Assembly (NCBI GenBank): GCA_951406725.2
Contig: OX597822.1
Span: forward strand, 4,650,001-4,714,000
DNA: 64,000 bases
Direction: 5' to 3'
DNA from: Octopus vulgaris
Taxonomy: Eukaryota
The position numbers were made by a program, and so were the translations under genes. Positions 25,627-39,597 of this stretch are shown here, in pieces; position 1 is the first letter of the stretch, and each line of letters begins with the position of its first letter. The notes below the pieces were generated by a model. It was not told the DNA's origin, searched no databases, and was given only the letters and a program-made list of their open reading frames with translations.

Positions 25627-25925
25627 CACACACTACGCACACAGACAGACACACACACACAGATAGATATGCATGTCTGTATATGTGCGTGCGTGTATGT
25701 TTTGTGTCTCCTTGTCTTGACATAATGTGATAGTTGTGAAACAGTGCTACCGTTACATAAGCATTCATTTCCAATCCTCTGTGAACACATGTCTGGTCAC
25801 AGGAAAACATTACCTTGCTTGTAAATGGTAAGCAGTTGGCAACAGAAAGAGAATTTGGCTCTAGAAAAATCTGCCCAATTGAATTCTTTCTACTCCATGC
25901 AAGTAGAAGAAAATGGATATTAAAA
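25338..25925 (+). mobile_element. CORE-type SINE with expanded central (CA)n and RTE-like tail
   Basis: Head and core gacatcttgggcaagtatct, ~160 bp imperfect CA tract, tail ccttgtcttgacat...ccatgcaagtagaa. Confidence 0.7.
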
Positions 25926-26516
25926 AAAAATAAAGAAAAAAAAAATGAAGCAGCAGTAGTAGCAGCAGTAGTAATGTAAAATTAATGAATGATTCATTGG
26001 TTTGCAAAACTGATTTTACTTCTACTCAAAGGAGAAATTAACTGCAATAAACAGCCAACCTATCTATGAGAAGATTTGTCTCATTAACTTTCCCAGAAAC
26101 CACAAATGAATGCTGTTCTACTGATTTCTACAAGTTTACAAAAAGCAATAATAAAAGACAATGCTACTCTTTACTTTACGGAGACTGGAGGGGAAAATGT
26201 TGACTTGTGTCAAATGGGAGTAAGAGATGTAGTTGTAAAGCTATAAAACTTTTCAGAGAAAACTTTTATGGCAGTTAAATCAAATCATGGGGCTGGACGT
26301 TATCCCTGAAGAAGTTAAAAACAAGGTAAGGGCACATGATATCCTTTGTGTGTGCAAGCACTCTCTCTCTTTCTCTCTAAGCAATTTGAAGGCCCCAAAT
26401 TTCTTATGTCTGCAGGATTACACTGAAGAAATTCTGATTTTGTTTCTATTGATTTTGAACAGTTGAGATTTCCTTCATGTAAAGCTGATATTTAGAAATC
26501 CACACACATGCCAATC

Positions 26517-26595
<79 letters not shown>

Positions 26596-27384
26596 ATGTG
26601 CATGTATGTGTTTAATTTTACGTTAGCAAATGATGCATGCGTGTGCTGTGCAAGCATAAAAGCTTAGTTCCCTTTAGCATTTCCCTGTTTAATCATTGTA
26701 TTCAATAGCAGCAACATGTTTCAACATTACACTTTCCTCAATGTCCTTCTCTCCCTCCCTCTCTCTCTCTCTCTCTCTCTCATACACACACACACACACA
26801 CACTCTCCCCATCCTATCGCCATCCGTCTTGCATCACCACTTCTCCTGATGCTCCACCACTCCACCGTTCTTCCTTATCCCTTCTCTGCAAACATAATCT
26901 ACTGAGATGGAAGCAGGACAGAAGAGCTGAATGGACAGAAAAAGAAGAAAAACAAAAACAAACCAAAACAAACAAAACAAAACAAAACAAAATAAAAACA
27001 AAAACACCTACTTACATCACTAACATAAGCTAACATAATACAAAACAAAACAGCAAAAACACTAAAACAATAAACAAATACAAACAAAAGAACAGAGCCA
27101 CAATGGTTTAAACCAATTGAAGAACTAAACTACACCACGACCACCACGACCACCACCACCACCACCACCACTGCCTTTACTACAAGTAAAACACCAATAA
27201 TAACAGCAATACAAAGACATAGAATTGGATTCTAGGAGTTAAATAAAGCAACCTGTGGCATTAGATACCTTTTTATTAATAAATATTTTATCTGGAACAA
27301 TCTCAGTTTCCTTTTGCTGTGTGTGTGTGTGCATGTGCTTATAGGAATTTGAGCAAACATGAGTATTTATACATGTTTGTATAA

Positions 27385-27416
<32 letters not shown>

Positions 27417-27635
27417 TTCTATTAACTATTAACATATGTACAGATCTATCTGTGTGTGTGTGTTTGTGTGTAGTTGATTTACAAAACTGTAGAGACAGAT
27501 ATTCCAATTCAATCATAAAGGCAAAAAAAAAAAAAAATAAAATTTTAAAAATGTATTAAATAATAACAACAATAGAAATAATGTAAGGAAACAGAAAAAA
27601 TATAAAAAGGTAATGATACCACCACTACTACCACC

Positions 27636-27667
<32 letters not shown>

Positions 27668-28090
27668 CAACACTATAAACAAATCAGAGATGTAGAGAGG
27701 TGGTATGAAAGCTAGATGAATGAAGAAATATAACACACATACACAGACAGCGAGAAACACAAACACACATAGATAAACATGTAAACAAAGATACACAGAC
27801 AAATAGATGATAGCATAAATGCAAAGAGACATAGAAACATATCTTTATAGACATAAACACACACACAATCAGTTATACAAACAGACGTTCACATAGACAT
27901 ACACAGACAAAACATGTAAACAAACATACAGATACACACACAGCAATCAATACCTTCTGTTTGTGAAGGTGAATTCATGAAGCGCGAAACATGAAAACTT
28001 AATGAAGTTGTATTTATCAGATCTGTTACACACAGGGAAACACATACAATAGAAATACACATATTCACGGAAACACACACACACACACAC

Positions 28091-28130
<40 letters not shown>

Positions 28131-29879
28131 AGAGAGAGAGAGAAAGAGATACACAGAGAAATGCATACATACACATTACTGAATCTAATATAGTGGAGTG
28201 AAATAAGAGAGGGGCAACAGAAAGGGTGGGCATATGGAAGGATAAAAAGAGACCAATTATGACTTCGTCTAAACTATTTATTACTATTGATACTAATAAA
28301 ACAAAAAACAGTTACTATTGATATTGGTTTTTACATTTTGTGGTGTTGGTGCTACATAAAAAGCACCCAGAACACACTGTGGAGTGGTTGGCATTAAGAA
28401 GGGCATCTAGCTGAAGAAACCAAGTCAAAACAGACTATGGAACCTGATGTGGTCCCTGAGCAAAGCCATCCAACCATGCCAGTTTGGAAAACGGATGTAT
28501 GGTAAGGATGATAATGATGGTTTTGGTAGAAGGTCAGCAATTTCAGAGACTGGGTAAGTCAAATACTTCAACCCGTGCCCAGCATGTTAACCATTCTGCC
28601 AGGTTGCCACGTTATACTTAAATAAGTGCTAGTCAAGCAATGGGGTTAATGCAATTAACTAGACCCTGCTCCCACGAAAATTTCAGGCCTTGTGCCTATA
28701 GTACAAAGGATTATTTAGTTACAACACTTTATAAGTTGAGTTAAAATCCTTTGTATGTCGACCATGCCCTTCGTCCTTTAAGGAGGTCATTACAAATAAA
28801 GTGCAGATTAAGTAGTGGGATCTGTGTATTTAACTATAGCCCCTACTAATTAATTTGAGCTTGTGTTAGAAATCCTTATTGCCACTGCCACCTCTTCACA
28901 ACTAATATGAAAATCAGAGCTACTTTTACAACTGCTGTTGAATGTAACTACTACATCTGCTGCTACAACAACCATACCACTACACCATGTTAACCACAAG
29001 CACTCTGCTTGTAGCAACATGACTAGCACCAGCACTACATCCAACCATCAATATTGCACCTTCAATAATGTTGGGTTCAAATTTTGGTACAAGGGCAGCA
29101 GCTTTGGGGAAGGGCCAGGTCAATCAAATCGACCCCAGTGCTCAACTGGTACTCATTTTATCAACTCTGAAAGGATGAATGGCAAGGTCGACCTTGGTGG
29201 AATTTGAACTCAGAATGTCGAGACAGACGAAATGCCACTAAGAGTCTTGCTCGGCATACTAATGATTCCGCTGAATTGCCGCCTTACATCACCAATATTA
29301 CCAACTCACCCCCATCATAACAATACCAGACACTTCAACTCTTCTATTACATCACAACATATCACCACCACCACCCAACTGCTGCTGCAACCACTCCCAT
29401 CATCACCACTGCCACTTGCTGTTGCCACATAGTTTTAAGCATAGTTAGTTATTAGCTGACTGGAAGACATAATGAACATCTCCAACACAATATTTCAACA
29501 AATATTGGCGAAACTAATAAACAAACAGACAAACAGAGAAACAAGCAACACAGACTAAAATACAGCAATTGTTTACCAGTGTGACTATGGAAGAACAGAG
29601 GGAGATAATAGAGAAATTATAGTACATACATACACTTCGTAGTAACCAGACTAGTGGTGTATGTGTGTGTGTGTGTGTGGATGTTCAGTCATACATATAC
29701 AGAAGAAAGTATGATGGGTAACATGCTGGCATGACAAAATAATTGCCAGTTTCAAAAGTTGACTGTTCTATATCCACCAATTTCTCTTCATTAGTGGAAG
29801 GGGGAAATTGTAAATGTTAAGTGTGTGTGTGTGTGTGTGTGGAATGTGTGGTAGGGTTAACTAGGTATAATGATGTACT

Positions 29880-30630
29880 ACAATGGATCAGGTTGATATA
29901 CACTGCAGAGGATGTGTAACAGCTGGAAAGGAATGAGGCAAGCATGCTTTACTGGATATGTGAAAATGAAATAATGACATAGGATGAATAAGGTGAGAGT
30001 AGAGTCAAGTAGAGGAAGAATCAGATGGAATGTGCATGAAAGAGAACTGAGCTGGTATGAATACATAATGTGTATGAAGGATGGGAGGCGCAATGGCCCA
30101 GTGGTTAGGGCAGTGGACTCGCGGTCGTAGGATCGCAGTTTCGATTCCCAGACCGGGCGTTGTGAGTGTTTATTGAGCGAAAACACCTAAAGCTCCATGA
30201 GGCTCCGGCAGGGGATGGTGGTGATCCCTGCTGTACTCTTTCACCACAACTTTCTCTCACTCTTACTTCCTGTTTCTGTTGTACCTGTATTTCAAAGGGC
30301 CGGCCTTGTCACTCTCTGTGTCACGCTGAATATCCCCGAGAACTACGTTAAGGGTACACGTGTCTGTGGAGTGCTCAGCCACTTACACGTTAATTTCACG
30401 AGCAGGCTGTTCCGTTGATTTGGATCAACCGGAACCCTTGTCGTCGTAACTGACGGAGTGTTTCTTATGAAGGATGACAGTTGGGTAAGAAAGTGCCAAG
30501 TGATTGAATTGAGTGGAATCTGAGGAAGGAGAAGACCAAGAAAGGCACAATAAGTAATCAGGTGAAAGGCTGATTTCAGGAAGTTAGCTGCCACAGCGAA
30601 GATGACAAAGAACTGCAACAAGTAGCAAGC
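29880..30630 (+). mobile_element. RTE LINE C-terminal remnant interrupted by a SINE
   Basis: LERNEASMLYWIC...ELSWYEYIMCMKD|DSWVRKCQ...RRRPRK once the insertion is removed. Confidence 0.65.
30084..30465 (+). mobile_element. Full-length tRNA-derived SINE (third family) with 11-bp TSD
   Basis: A box tggcccagtgg, B box gtttcgattcc; TATGAAGGATG at 30073-30083 and 30466-30476. Confidence 0.9.
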
Positions 30631-31065
30631 CACTGAGCTGGAATAAAATCTGTCTTGTCTTCTTTCCTGCTCACAAATAATATTTGATCCTTCGAACTAA
30701 TGTTGTTCATCGCAGGTCTGCCTGATCAGTGTTGACAAAGAGCTAAACCACAATGACAAGGGAGCCTGGAGTTGAATCATGTCCTGTTGGCCCATCTAAT
30801 AGGAAAAGGAGTAATATTTTTCTGCAGGTGATTTGTCAGGTGATCACTTACAAAAGTTACTTTAGGTAGATAAGAATTTTGTCCTTGGGTGAGACTTGTC
30901 TCTTTAACATCACATGGTTGGTCACCCATATGGATGGCTCGCTATAGCAGAACTAAATGTTTTCTCTTGTGTGTTTTGTGAAAAGGAAAGTAAGTCAAAT
31001 GATATATTTATATTAGACCCCAGTTGAACCGTCCAACCCATGCTAGCATGGAAAACGGACGCTAA

Positions 31066-31097
<32 letters not shown>

Positions 31098-31955
31098 ATG
31101 ACATGAAAAGGAGAAATTCTGATAAACTAAAAATCAAAAGAAAAAATAACTTTTTGGGTTGTTTACTGAAAATACAAAATACAATCAACCAGTTCTGAGA
31201 ATATACCCTAATCATTTACTTTCTTTCAAAACACACACAAACAATTTTGTTATAATTTATGTAGAACAGACAATTTATCTAGTGTATGTGTGTGTGTGTG
31301 TGTGTGAGTATACACATACATACACACACCAATTTGTTTCTTTTATTGATTTCACAGTCATATTTTTGGTGTGTTTTTATGGCTGAGGACTCTTCTTACC
31401 ACAAGCGTTTAACACTTATTGCTTGAGAGCATTATAATTTGTCATCCATACCTGTGTGACAGGATTGAAATATCTCCTCTACACTGTATCAGTTTATATT
31501 CCATAGCTTTGATTGATTGATTGCATTTGCTGTGGCTTGTGGAATCCATATTGTCTCTATGCACAGTTTTAGTCTGAGTTACTTACTGGTATTCTAGCTG
31601 GAACTCAAGAGGCATCAAACTGATGGGGGACTAAGTTATATAAGTAATAGAAAGAGATAAAACATTACCAAGAAGTTAAACCAAATAATGACATTTTGAA
31701 AGTGTTTGATACATACATTTTAGGTCTCGTGTAACATAGAATAGGAAATACACCCGCTTTATGCAAGAACTTCTTCAGTTATTACATTTCAAAATATCAT
31801 CAAAATATATTTAGAAATGTATTAACTGAAGAATGTCTTGCCTACGGGAATCTATTTCCTGTTATATATTACAACAGATCTGAAACACAAGTATTAAATG
31901 CTTTCAAAATATAATTTGGGTTGACTTCATTATTTTATATATATATATATATATA

Positions 31956-32079
31956 ATAATAATAGTAGGGAATAAATCCAAACTTACAGGGAAAAATTAG
32001 ATTTAGGATTAAACTTTTAATACTTTTGATATTTATATATAAAAAATAGATAAATAAAATAATATATAAATATAAAAAT

Positions 32080-32138
<59 letters not shown>

Positions 32139-32593
32139 TAAATTAGAGATAAAACCACTATTAGGCAAATCAAACAGTGAAAAACATAAGCCAATACATA
32201 AAATTAATTTTAAAATATAAAAGTTAAAAATTAAAAAATTATTTAATTTAAACTTATAAATTTTAAATATATATATACAAATTTGAGAGGATTCATAGCA
32301 ATATATATATACATATATATTTGTATATATATATTTAAAATTTATAAGTTTAAATTAAATAATTTTTTAATTTTTAACTTTTATATTTTAAAATTAATTT
32401 TATGTATTGGCTTATGTTTTTCACTGTTTGATTTGCCTAATAGTGGTTTTATCTCTAATTTAATATAATATATATATATATATATAATAAATAAAATATT
32501 ATATTCCCTAATATTTATTATAAAATTGGATTCAATCTTAAATCTGATTTTTCCTTGTAAATTTGGATTTATTCCCTAATATTTATTATTATT
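31956..32593. repeat. Nested long inverted repeat embedded in (TA)n
   Basis: 32131-32282 is the reverse complement of 32319-32470; imperfect outer arms 31956-32014 / 32530-32593. Confidence 0.9.
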
Positions 32594-32629
32594 TGATATA
32601 TATATATATATACATACACACACACATAT

Positions 32630-33662
32630 AGGTACAGGTGTGGCTATAATGGTAAGGAGTTTGCTTCCCAACCACATGGTTCTGGGTTCAGTCCCACAGT
32701 ATGGCACCTTGGGTAAGTGTCATCTACTATAAAGTCACACACCATCCAGCAATATGTGAAACTGCTAACATTCTCTTTTTTTTTATCTCTTTTCACAAAC
32801 ACTGACATTACTCACAAACCAATCTTCATTGGATGGAGGCAGATAACCAACAAAGTGGGGGGTGGGGGCAAGGTAAGGGTGTGGTGTGGGATTTGGCACA
32901 AGCAAGTAATTGGACCATTTTATTTTGAGGGTTCTGTGACAGTTGATTTGTATCTGGACATTGCTTGGCAACAAGATGATGCCTCACGTGCATTCACTTG
33001 CAAGGTTCATGATTTTCTGAACGAACATTTTCTAGGGAGACGGCTCAGACATCGCAGGCTAATTGAATGGGCCCCATAGTCACCAGATTTAACTCCCATG
33101 GACTTTTTCTTCTGGGGCTACATTAAATTCCTCATGTATTCTGAAAATATTCATGAAGAAGGACATCTTCAAAGAATTGTTGAAGCATGTGAACAAGTTA
33201 GTGACAGAGAAGAGCCATTTGAGAGGGTTCATAGCAATTTCAAATTCCACATGAACACTTGTTTAGAGCTACATGACCAACACTTTGAACATTTGAAATG
33301 GATTACCTACTTCATTGCTAATAAAGCATACTTATTATTTCCCATAGTGCATGACATTGTGGCCACCCTGTGTGTGTATGTATATATACACACACACACA
33401 CACACACATATTTGTATATATATATTTATGTATATCTATGTGTGTGTGTCTTTCTGTCTGTGTTCGATCCCCACCACTGTCTGACAACCAGTGTTAGTGT
33501 GTTTGCAGCTCTGTAACTTAGTGGTTTAGCCAAAGAAACCGATAGAATAAGTACCATGCTTAAAAGATAAGTATTTAGGTCGATTCATTCGACTAAAAAT
33601 TCAAGGCAGTGCCCCAGCATGGCAGCAGTCTAGTGACTGAAACAAGTAAAGGATAAAAGATA
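32630..33662 (+). mobile_element. CORE-type SINE split by a Tc1/mariner remnant
   Basis: SINE head 32630-32730, tail 33440-33662. Confidence 0.7.
32735..33370 (+). mobile_element. Tc1/mariner-superfamily transposase remnant
   Basis: KVRVWCGIWHKQVIGPFYFEGSV...WQQDDA...EWAP*SPDLTPMDFFFWGYIK; right end ggccaccctg. Confidence 0.85.
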
Positions 33663-35965
33663 TGTGAGGATGAACTTACAAATGTAAGTAAAAGAAATAT
33701 TTGTGTAGAAATAAAAGCTAAAAAGTCAAGAGTTCAAAGCCACCTAACAATCAACACCCACTCAACAATCACTATTAGTTAATTACTAAGCACTGAATAA
33801 ACAACCAACAAGCTCATGCACGCATGCAACATATACACACTCACACACATAATACACATGCAGACACCAACCAGTTAGTACAGAATCACATAAAGCACAG
33901 CTGCCTCAGTTAAAATGATGCACATGCCCATATATGTAACTGAAACACTACAAAGTATAAATACTGAAGCAAAGACAAGGTGCTATTAATATGAGTGGAA
34001 GGAGCAGACAAGGCTGTGACGTGAATGTGATATCAAGCTGTGATGAAAGGATTCTAACACGTCAACTGATTGATTGGGCAAGCAATTAATTGGTTAATTA
34101 TTTTAATTAGCTAAAAAAGTATCTGTGCCAGTGCCACGTACAAAGCATCCATGTCCGTGACATGTAGGAAAAACAAGTGTGTTAGTGACATGTAGAAAAG
34201 CACCTGTGCTGGTGACATGTAGGAAAAACAAGTGTGTTAGTGACATGTAGAAAAGCACCTGAGCCGGTGCAACAAAGAAAGGTTCTCATGCCAGTGCCAC
34301 ATATAAAGCAACCATGTTGGTGCCACATAAAAAAAGCACTCTGTACACTGTAAAGAGGTCGGTTTTAGAAAGGGCATCCAGCCATAGAAACCATGCGAAA
34401 ACAGAGACAACTGAAGCCTAGGCAGCTCTCTGGTTGGCCAGCTCCTGTCAAACTGTCCAACCCATGTCATGGGTTGATGATGATGAGCATGATAGCTAAT
34501 TAGTAATAATTATTTCTAATGTACACACAAGACCAACAGTTTTGAAATTTGGAGGTAAGTCTATACCATCAACCCTAGTACTTGACTGGTATTTTATTTT
34601 ATCAATTCTGAAGGGATGAAAGACAAAGCTGACCTTGATAAGATTTGATTTCAGAATGTAACATGCCAGAAAAAGTACCACAAGACATTTCTATTTCAAC
34701 AGTTTATTCTGTCAATTCACTGTTCTTAGTTAATCAATGATAATCTTTTCTACAATAGGCACAAGGCTTGAAATTTTGGGCATGTGGGCTAATCAATCAC
34801 ATTGACCCCAGTGCTCAACTGGTACCTATTTCATTGACTCCAAAAGAATGAAAGGAATTTGAACTCAGAACATAAAGATGGATGAACAATTAACTGATAA
34901 TAATAAAAGTATAATCTGTGTGTGTGTTCTTATTAGTAAAATGACCCACCTAAAGTACAACATCTATTTTTGGTAGATGATTTCAAATCAAGGATCTTGC
35001 AAAACAAATACCAAAACTGAATAAATGAATAAAAATAGCTTTACTTAGAAGGAAAGAGATAAAATTCTCCTTCAATCTGAGAAGTGACCAGACTCAATAT
35101 CTAAAAAAAGAAATAGGTCGGAATGCCTCACAGCATATTCAATATAAACTATGTCTACAGAAGAGATGCAATTGGATCATAAGCAGGCTGACAGAGAAGA
35201 ACTTTGCAGCAAATGCACTTGAGTAATTAGTGAAAAGGATAATGATATAAAACAATTATACTCAGAGAGTGCACTACAAACATTTGCTATCTTCCATTAC
35301 CCAGGTGGTCAAATGAACAATTGAGAAGGGTGTTCTGAAAGCATGGTAATCAAAGAACAGAGTTGCAAAAGTCCAAGGAGCTATCATTTTTGCTACTGGA
35401 AACAAAGTGATTCTCTCTCCAAGTGAAAGGTAAATTCTTTGATTTTTACATACAAAGTGTGATGCTTCAGGTTACTGAAACATAGGTACTTGATTAGAGA
35501 GGCCATGTAACCCTTTAGCATTCTGATTACTCTGCCAAATATAATGCTTATTCATTTACATTGTTTTGAATTAATCATGCATTATCTTACAGCTTCAAGA
35601 TCTCAATGGTGTGTTGTATATTTTTAGAATGACACAGTAGGGTAGGTGTGAGAGGATGTATTTGGTCAGGTAGAACACTTGAGCTCAGATACAGCTGGAT
35701 TAAATACTAAAAGATTAAAGGCTAGAAATAAATGAGGTGTGCATGCTCTTGAATGAAAGAGTACCAATGAGTTGAGAGGAAAACTGGACATAAGAGGAAT
35801 CAAATGTTACATGCAAGAGAGGAGACTACACTAGAACTGCAATGTGGCTACATGGAGGATGATAGTTAAAGTAAAGGAATGATAAGTAATCAAAATGGAT
35901 GGAACCTGTAGAAGAGGAAGACAAGGGGAAATGTGGGAAGAAGTGTTGAAAGTGCAATTCAGGAG

Positions 35966-36132
35966 CAGGGTCATCTTAACAGCATTATAGGTCTCTGGGC
36001 AAATCAATGAACTGAGCCCATAAAGTATCCATTGACAACAAGTGACCTACAGACTTAAATTATCATTGGACCCCTAAACCTGTAAGGCCCCTAGGTAACT
36101 GCCCAATGTACTCATGCCTTAAGATGATACTG
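35966..36132. mobile_element. hAT-like MITE inserted in an RTE remnant (about 35720-36170)
   Basis: TIR cagggtcatcttaa / ttaagatgatactg; 8-bp TSD ttcaggag / ttcaagag. Confidence 0.75.
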
Positions 36133-36319
36133 TTCAAGAGGTTGACCCACATGAAAGAAATGACATGTGATCACAAAAAGTAAAGATAACTCTTTACTAG
36201 AGAAAACTCATCCAAAGCAGGAAAGCAGAGAAAAATGAATGTAACATAATGACAATGAGTCATACATATACTTATATGTAGATAAACACATTCACAGTGG
36301 AGGACGACACAGAGGTACA

Positions 36320-36576
<257 letters not shown>

Positions 36577-37444
36577 AATGAATGAATGCTGAGTTCATTG
36601 TGTAATTAAACAAAGATTTCAAGCCAACTTATATTTATCTTTCCCATAATTACCAAGAATTCATTCGTTACTAACCACCATTTCCAATCTTTCTATAGTT
36701 TATCTTCATTTCCTACTCTGCGATTATTTAAGTCCTCAGTGTTCAACTAATTAAGCATTATCAGCAATTTGGCAGTAATGTATGTTTGGTTAAAATCAAG
36801 GTCAACTGAAGAGCTATCAAGTGAGTGTGTCGGATAGCAATAGCAAAAAGAGATTTCCAATGTTGTTTTTTCACTGTCTTTGTTTTTCTTTTCATTTCTC
36901 ATGGTTCCTGTTCCTCTGCTGCTACCTCTACTATCTTCCTATTTTATTCAATTCTATCTTTTAATCATTATCCCTATGACCATGACCACTCCTCCTCCTC
37001 CTCTACCACCACCATTACTACCACTGCCACCGCCATGTCTCCATCATTTCTTCATTGTCTTCCTCCTCTTGTGGCAACTTCAATACCATCACATTATTAT
37101 TGGCAGAATTGTAGAGTGGTAGAAAAAAAAATTATGTTGCAGAATTTAATTCTATTTTCTTCAAGTTTCCAAGTTCAAATCAAAGTGAAGCCATCTTAGT
37201 CATCTTTCCAGAAGTTGATAAAATGAAGTACCAGTCAAATACTGAGGTTGATTTACTAAACTGCAACATCCCTCAAAATTTGTTCCATAGGAATTGAGCC
37301 AAAGTTCCAAATTGTTATTATTTCTTCCCAGTTCTCTGTCACTACTCTTTAAAATTCATCTACCTCCTATGTCCCTACTCTTTCTCTTGTTCCCTTTTAA
37401 ACTTTATAAAAACTTGTTATAAACCCAACAAGGATTTGATTTCC

Positions 37445-37865
37445 AAAACTCAGGAAGACATGGGATGAAGTGGTGAGAAAAGACCTTCAGACATTGGGTC
37501 TCAAAAACATGACAAAGGACTGAGACTTCTGGCAGTTTGCTGTGCTTGAGAAGACATATCAAGCTAAGTAAAATCATGGCTGTCCATATATACAGGTATG
37601 TCCTCTATATATCACTCTCAGCTTTCTAGTTTCATAGGCTTGTGGGTACTGGTGCCATATAAAAGCATTCATGCCAATATCATGTTCAAAGTACTCAGTA
37701 CACTCTGTAGAGTGGTTGGCTTTATGACAGGCATACAGCCATAGAAACCATGGCAAAACAGACAAAATGGAGCCCGGGCAGCTCACCTGGTCAGCTCCTG
37801 TCAAACCATCCAACCTATGCTAGCATGGAGAATGGACATTAAAGGACAGTGAAATGATGATGACA
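37445..37865 (+). mobile_element. RTE LINE 3' end
   Basis: RKTWDEVVRKDLQTLGL...WQFAVLEKT followed by the shared 3' terminus with gatgatg tail. Confidence 0.75.
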
Positions 37866-38380
37866 ATGGTAAGAAAGCTCCATGTTTGAGCTGCTACACA
37901 GACTTCCACGTGACCCCTTTAAAGATAAACAATTTACCCTTGAAAAATTAGACAGCTTCGTCCTCCACTAGATGGAGACAGTATCTCTGGACTGCACTTG
38001 GTCATTTGATTGGCTATCTACATGCCATAAATGTTCTTGATTTGAGCCCTACTTAGCTCAAATCAAGTGTATTCAAGACTGTTAATTAAGAATCCGCTGA
38101 GAGAGCCTCTACATAGTTTTCTGGCTTGCTAGAAATAGTAGGTCTGGAGTCTCTGCTGTCTTAGAAGATGAAAAAACACATTAGATAACATAGTACTCAA
38201 TGCACTACACCTGTAAAAAGACAATAGTTATGATTAGAATACCTTTGATCATATGTTCACTTGGTCAGAAATAGTTACAGGTGGGAATCAACGAACAGGT
38301 TTATTTTGTTCTCCTTTTCTACATTGCTTTCGTGAGAGAATGTCTATGAAACCAACTTACAAAAAGGCCATTACCCTTAT

Positions 38381-39027
38381 GTTTTCTAATTTAGATATAA
38401 GATCAGCAATTTTGGGAGAAGTAGCTGGGGAGAGTATTCCATGCCAGTACTTGACTGCTGCTTTATCAACCCCAAAAGGATGAATGCTAAAGTTGACCTT
38501 GGCAGGATTTGAACTCAGAATGTAAAGAGCTGGAAGAAATGCTACAAAGCATTTTGCCCAGTGAGCTTATGATTCCACCAGCCAGCTGCCTTCTTAACAG
38601 TTTTAAATTCTGGTACAAGACCAGCAAATTTAATGAGGGAGTGTAAGTCAATTATGCTGACCTCATTGCTCAATTGTTATTTTTTTCATTGACTCAGAAA
38701 GGATAAAAGGCAAAGCTGAATGCAGCAGAATTTGAACTCAGAACATAAAGAACAAGAAGAAAAGCTGTGAAGTATTTTATTCAATGCACTAATGATTCTG
38801 TCAGCTTACTGCCAGTGGTTTCACATTTTGGCACAAGGCCAGCAATTTAGGAGGAGGTGACAAGTTGATTACATCAAACTCAATACTCAACTGTACTTAT
38901 TTAATTGACACCAAAAGGGTGAAAGGCGAAGTCAAATCTGTTGGAATTTGAACTCAGGACGTAAAGATGGGTAAAATTCCATTAAGCATTTTGCCTGGCA
39001 TGCTAACAATATTGCCGGCTCACTGTC

Positions 39028-39079
<52 letters not shown>

Positions 39080-39300
39080 TTAATAATGATGTCAAATTTT
39101 GGCACAAGGCCAGCAATTTTGGAGAAGGTTAAGTTGATTACATTGACCCCAGTGTTCAACTGGTACTTATTTTATCGATCTGAAAAGAATGAAAGGCAAA
39201 GTCAACCTTGGTGGAATTTGAACTCAGAATGTGAAGACATATGAAATGTCACTAAGCATTTTACCTGGCATACGACTGATTTTGTCAGCTTGCTACCTTA
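38381..39300 (-). mobile_element. Four head-to-tail copies of the second SINE family
   Basis: Units about 38381-38592, 38600-38813, 38817-39030, 39091-39300, each containing atttgaactcag; (AAT)n 39030-39090. Confidence 0.8.
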
Positions 39301-39486
39301 ATAATACCACTAACGATAATAAATTTTTTTTTCTTTATTAATCCAAACCGTTGGGAAAGGTATATGATGTTACAGTGTTGGAGAATATAGAACCATGTGA
39401 GAAATAAAATCACAGAAAGAAAGAAACAAAAAAATTCAAACAGAGAATATTTCCTTAAAAGTGTGGAGAATAACACCACCAGTTAC

Positions 39487-39597
39487 CTTGCTCCCAGGAT
39501 GCACTCGGCCATATCTCATAATGACAATGCTACCATTTACATTTTGCAGTTTTTCAAAGTCTGATTTCTCCCCATAGTTAGCATATAACAAATGACC
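39487..39597 (-). CDS. Internal exon B, PA domain start, M28B gene
   Basis: Acceptor tttttcttctttcAG, donor GTAAC; 111 nt; GHLLYANYGEKSDFEKLQNVNGSIVIMRYGRVHPGSK matches GCPII GDLVYVNYARTEDF...KIVIARYGKVFRGNK. Confidence 0.95.

Noticed and set aside
30086-30160. tRNA gene
   Set aside because: A/B boxes are present but there is no proper acceptor stem or terminator; it is the head of a TSD-flanked SINE. The same applies to the other SINE heads
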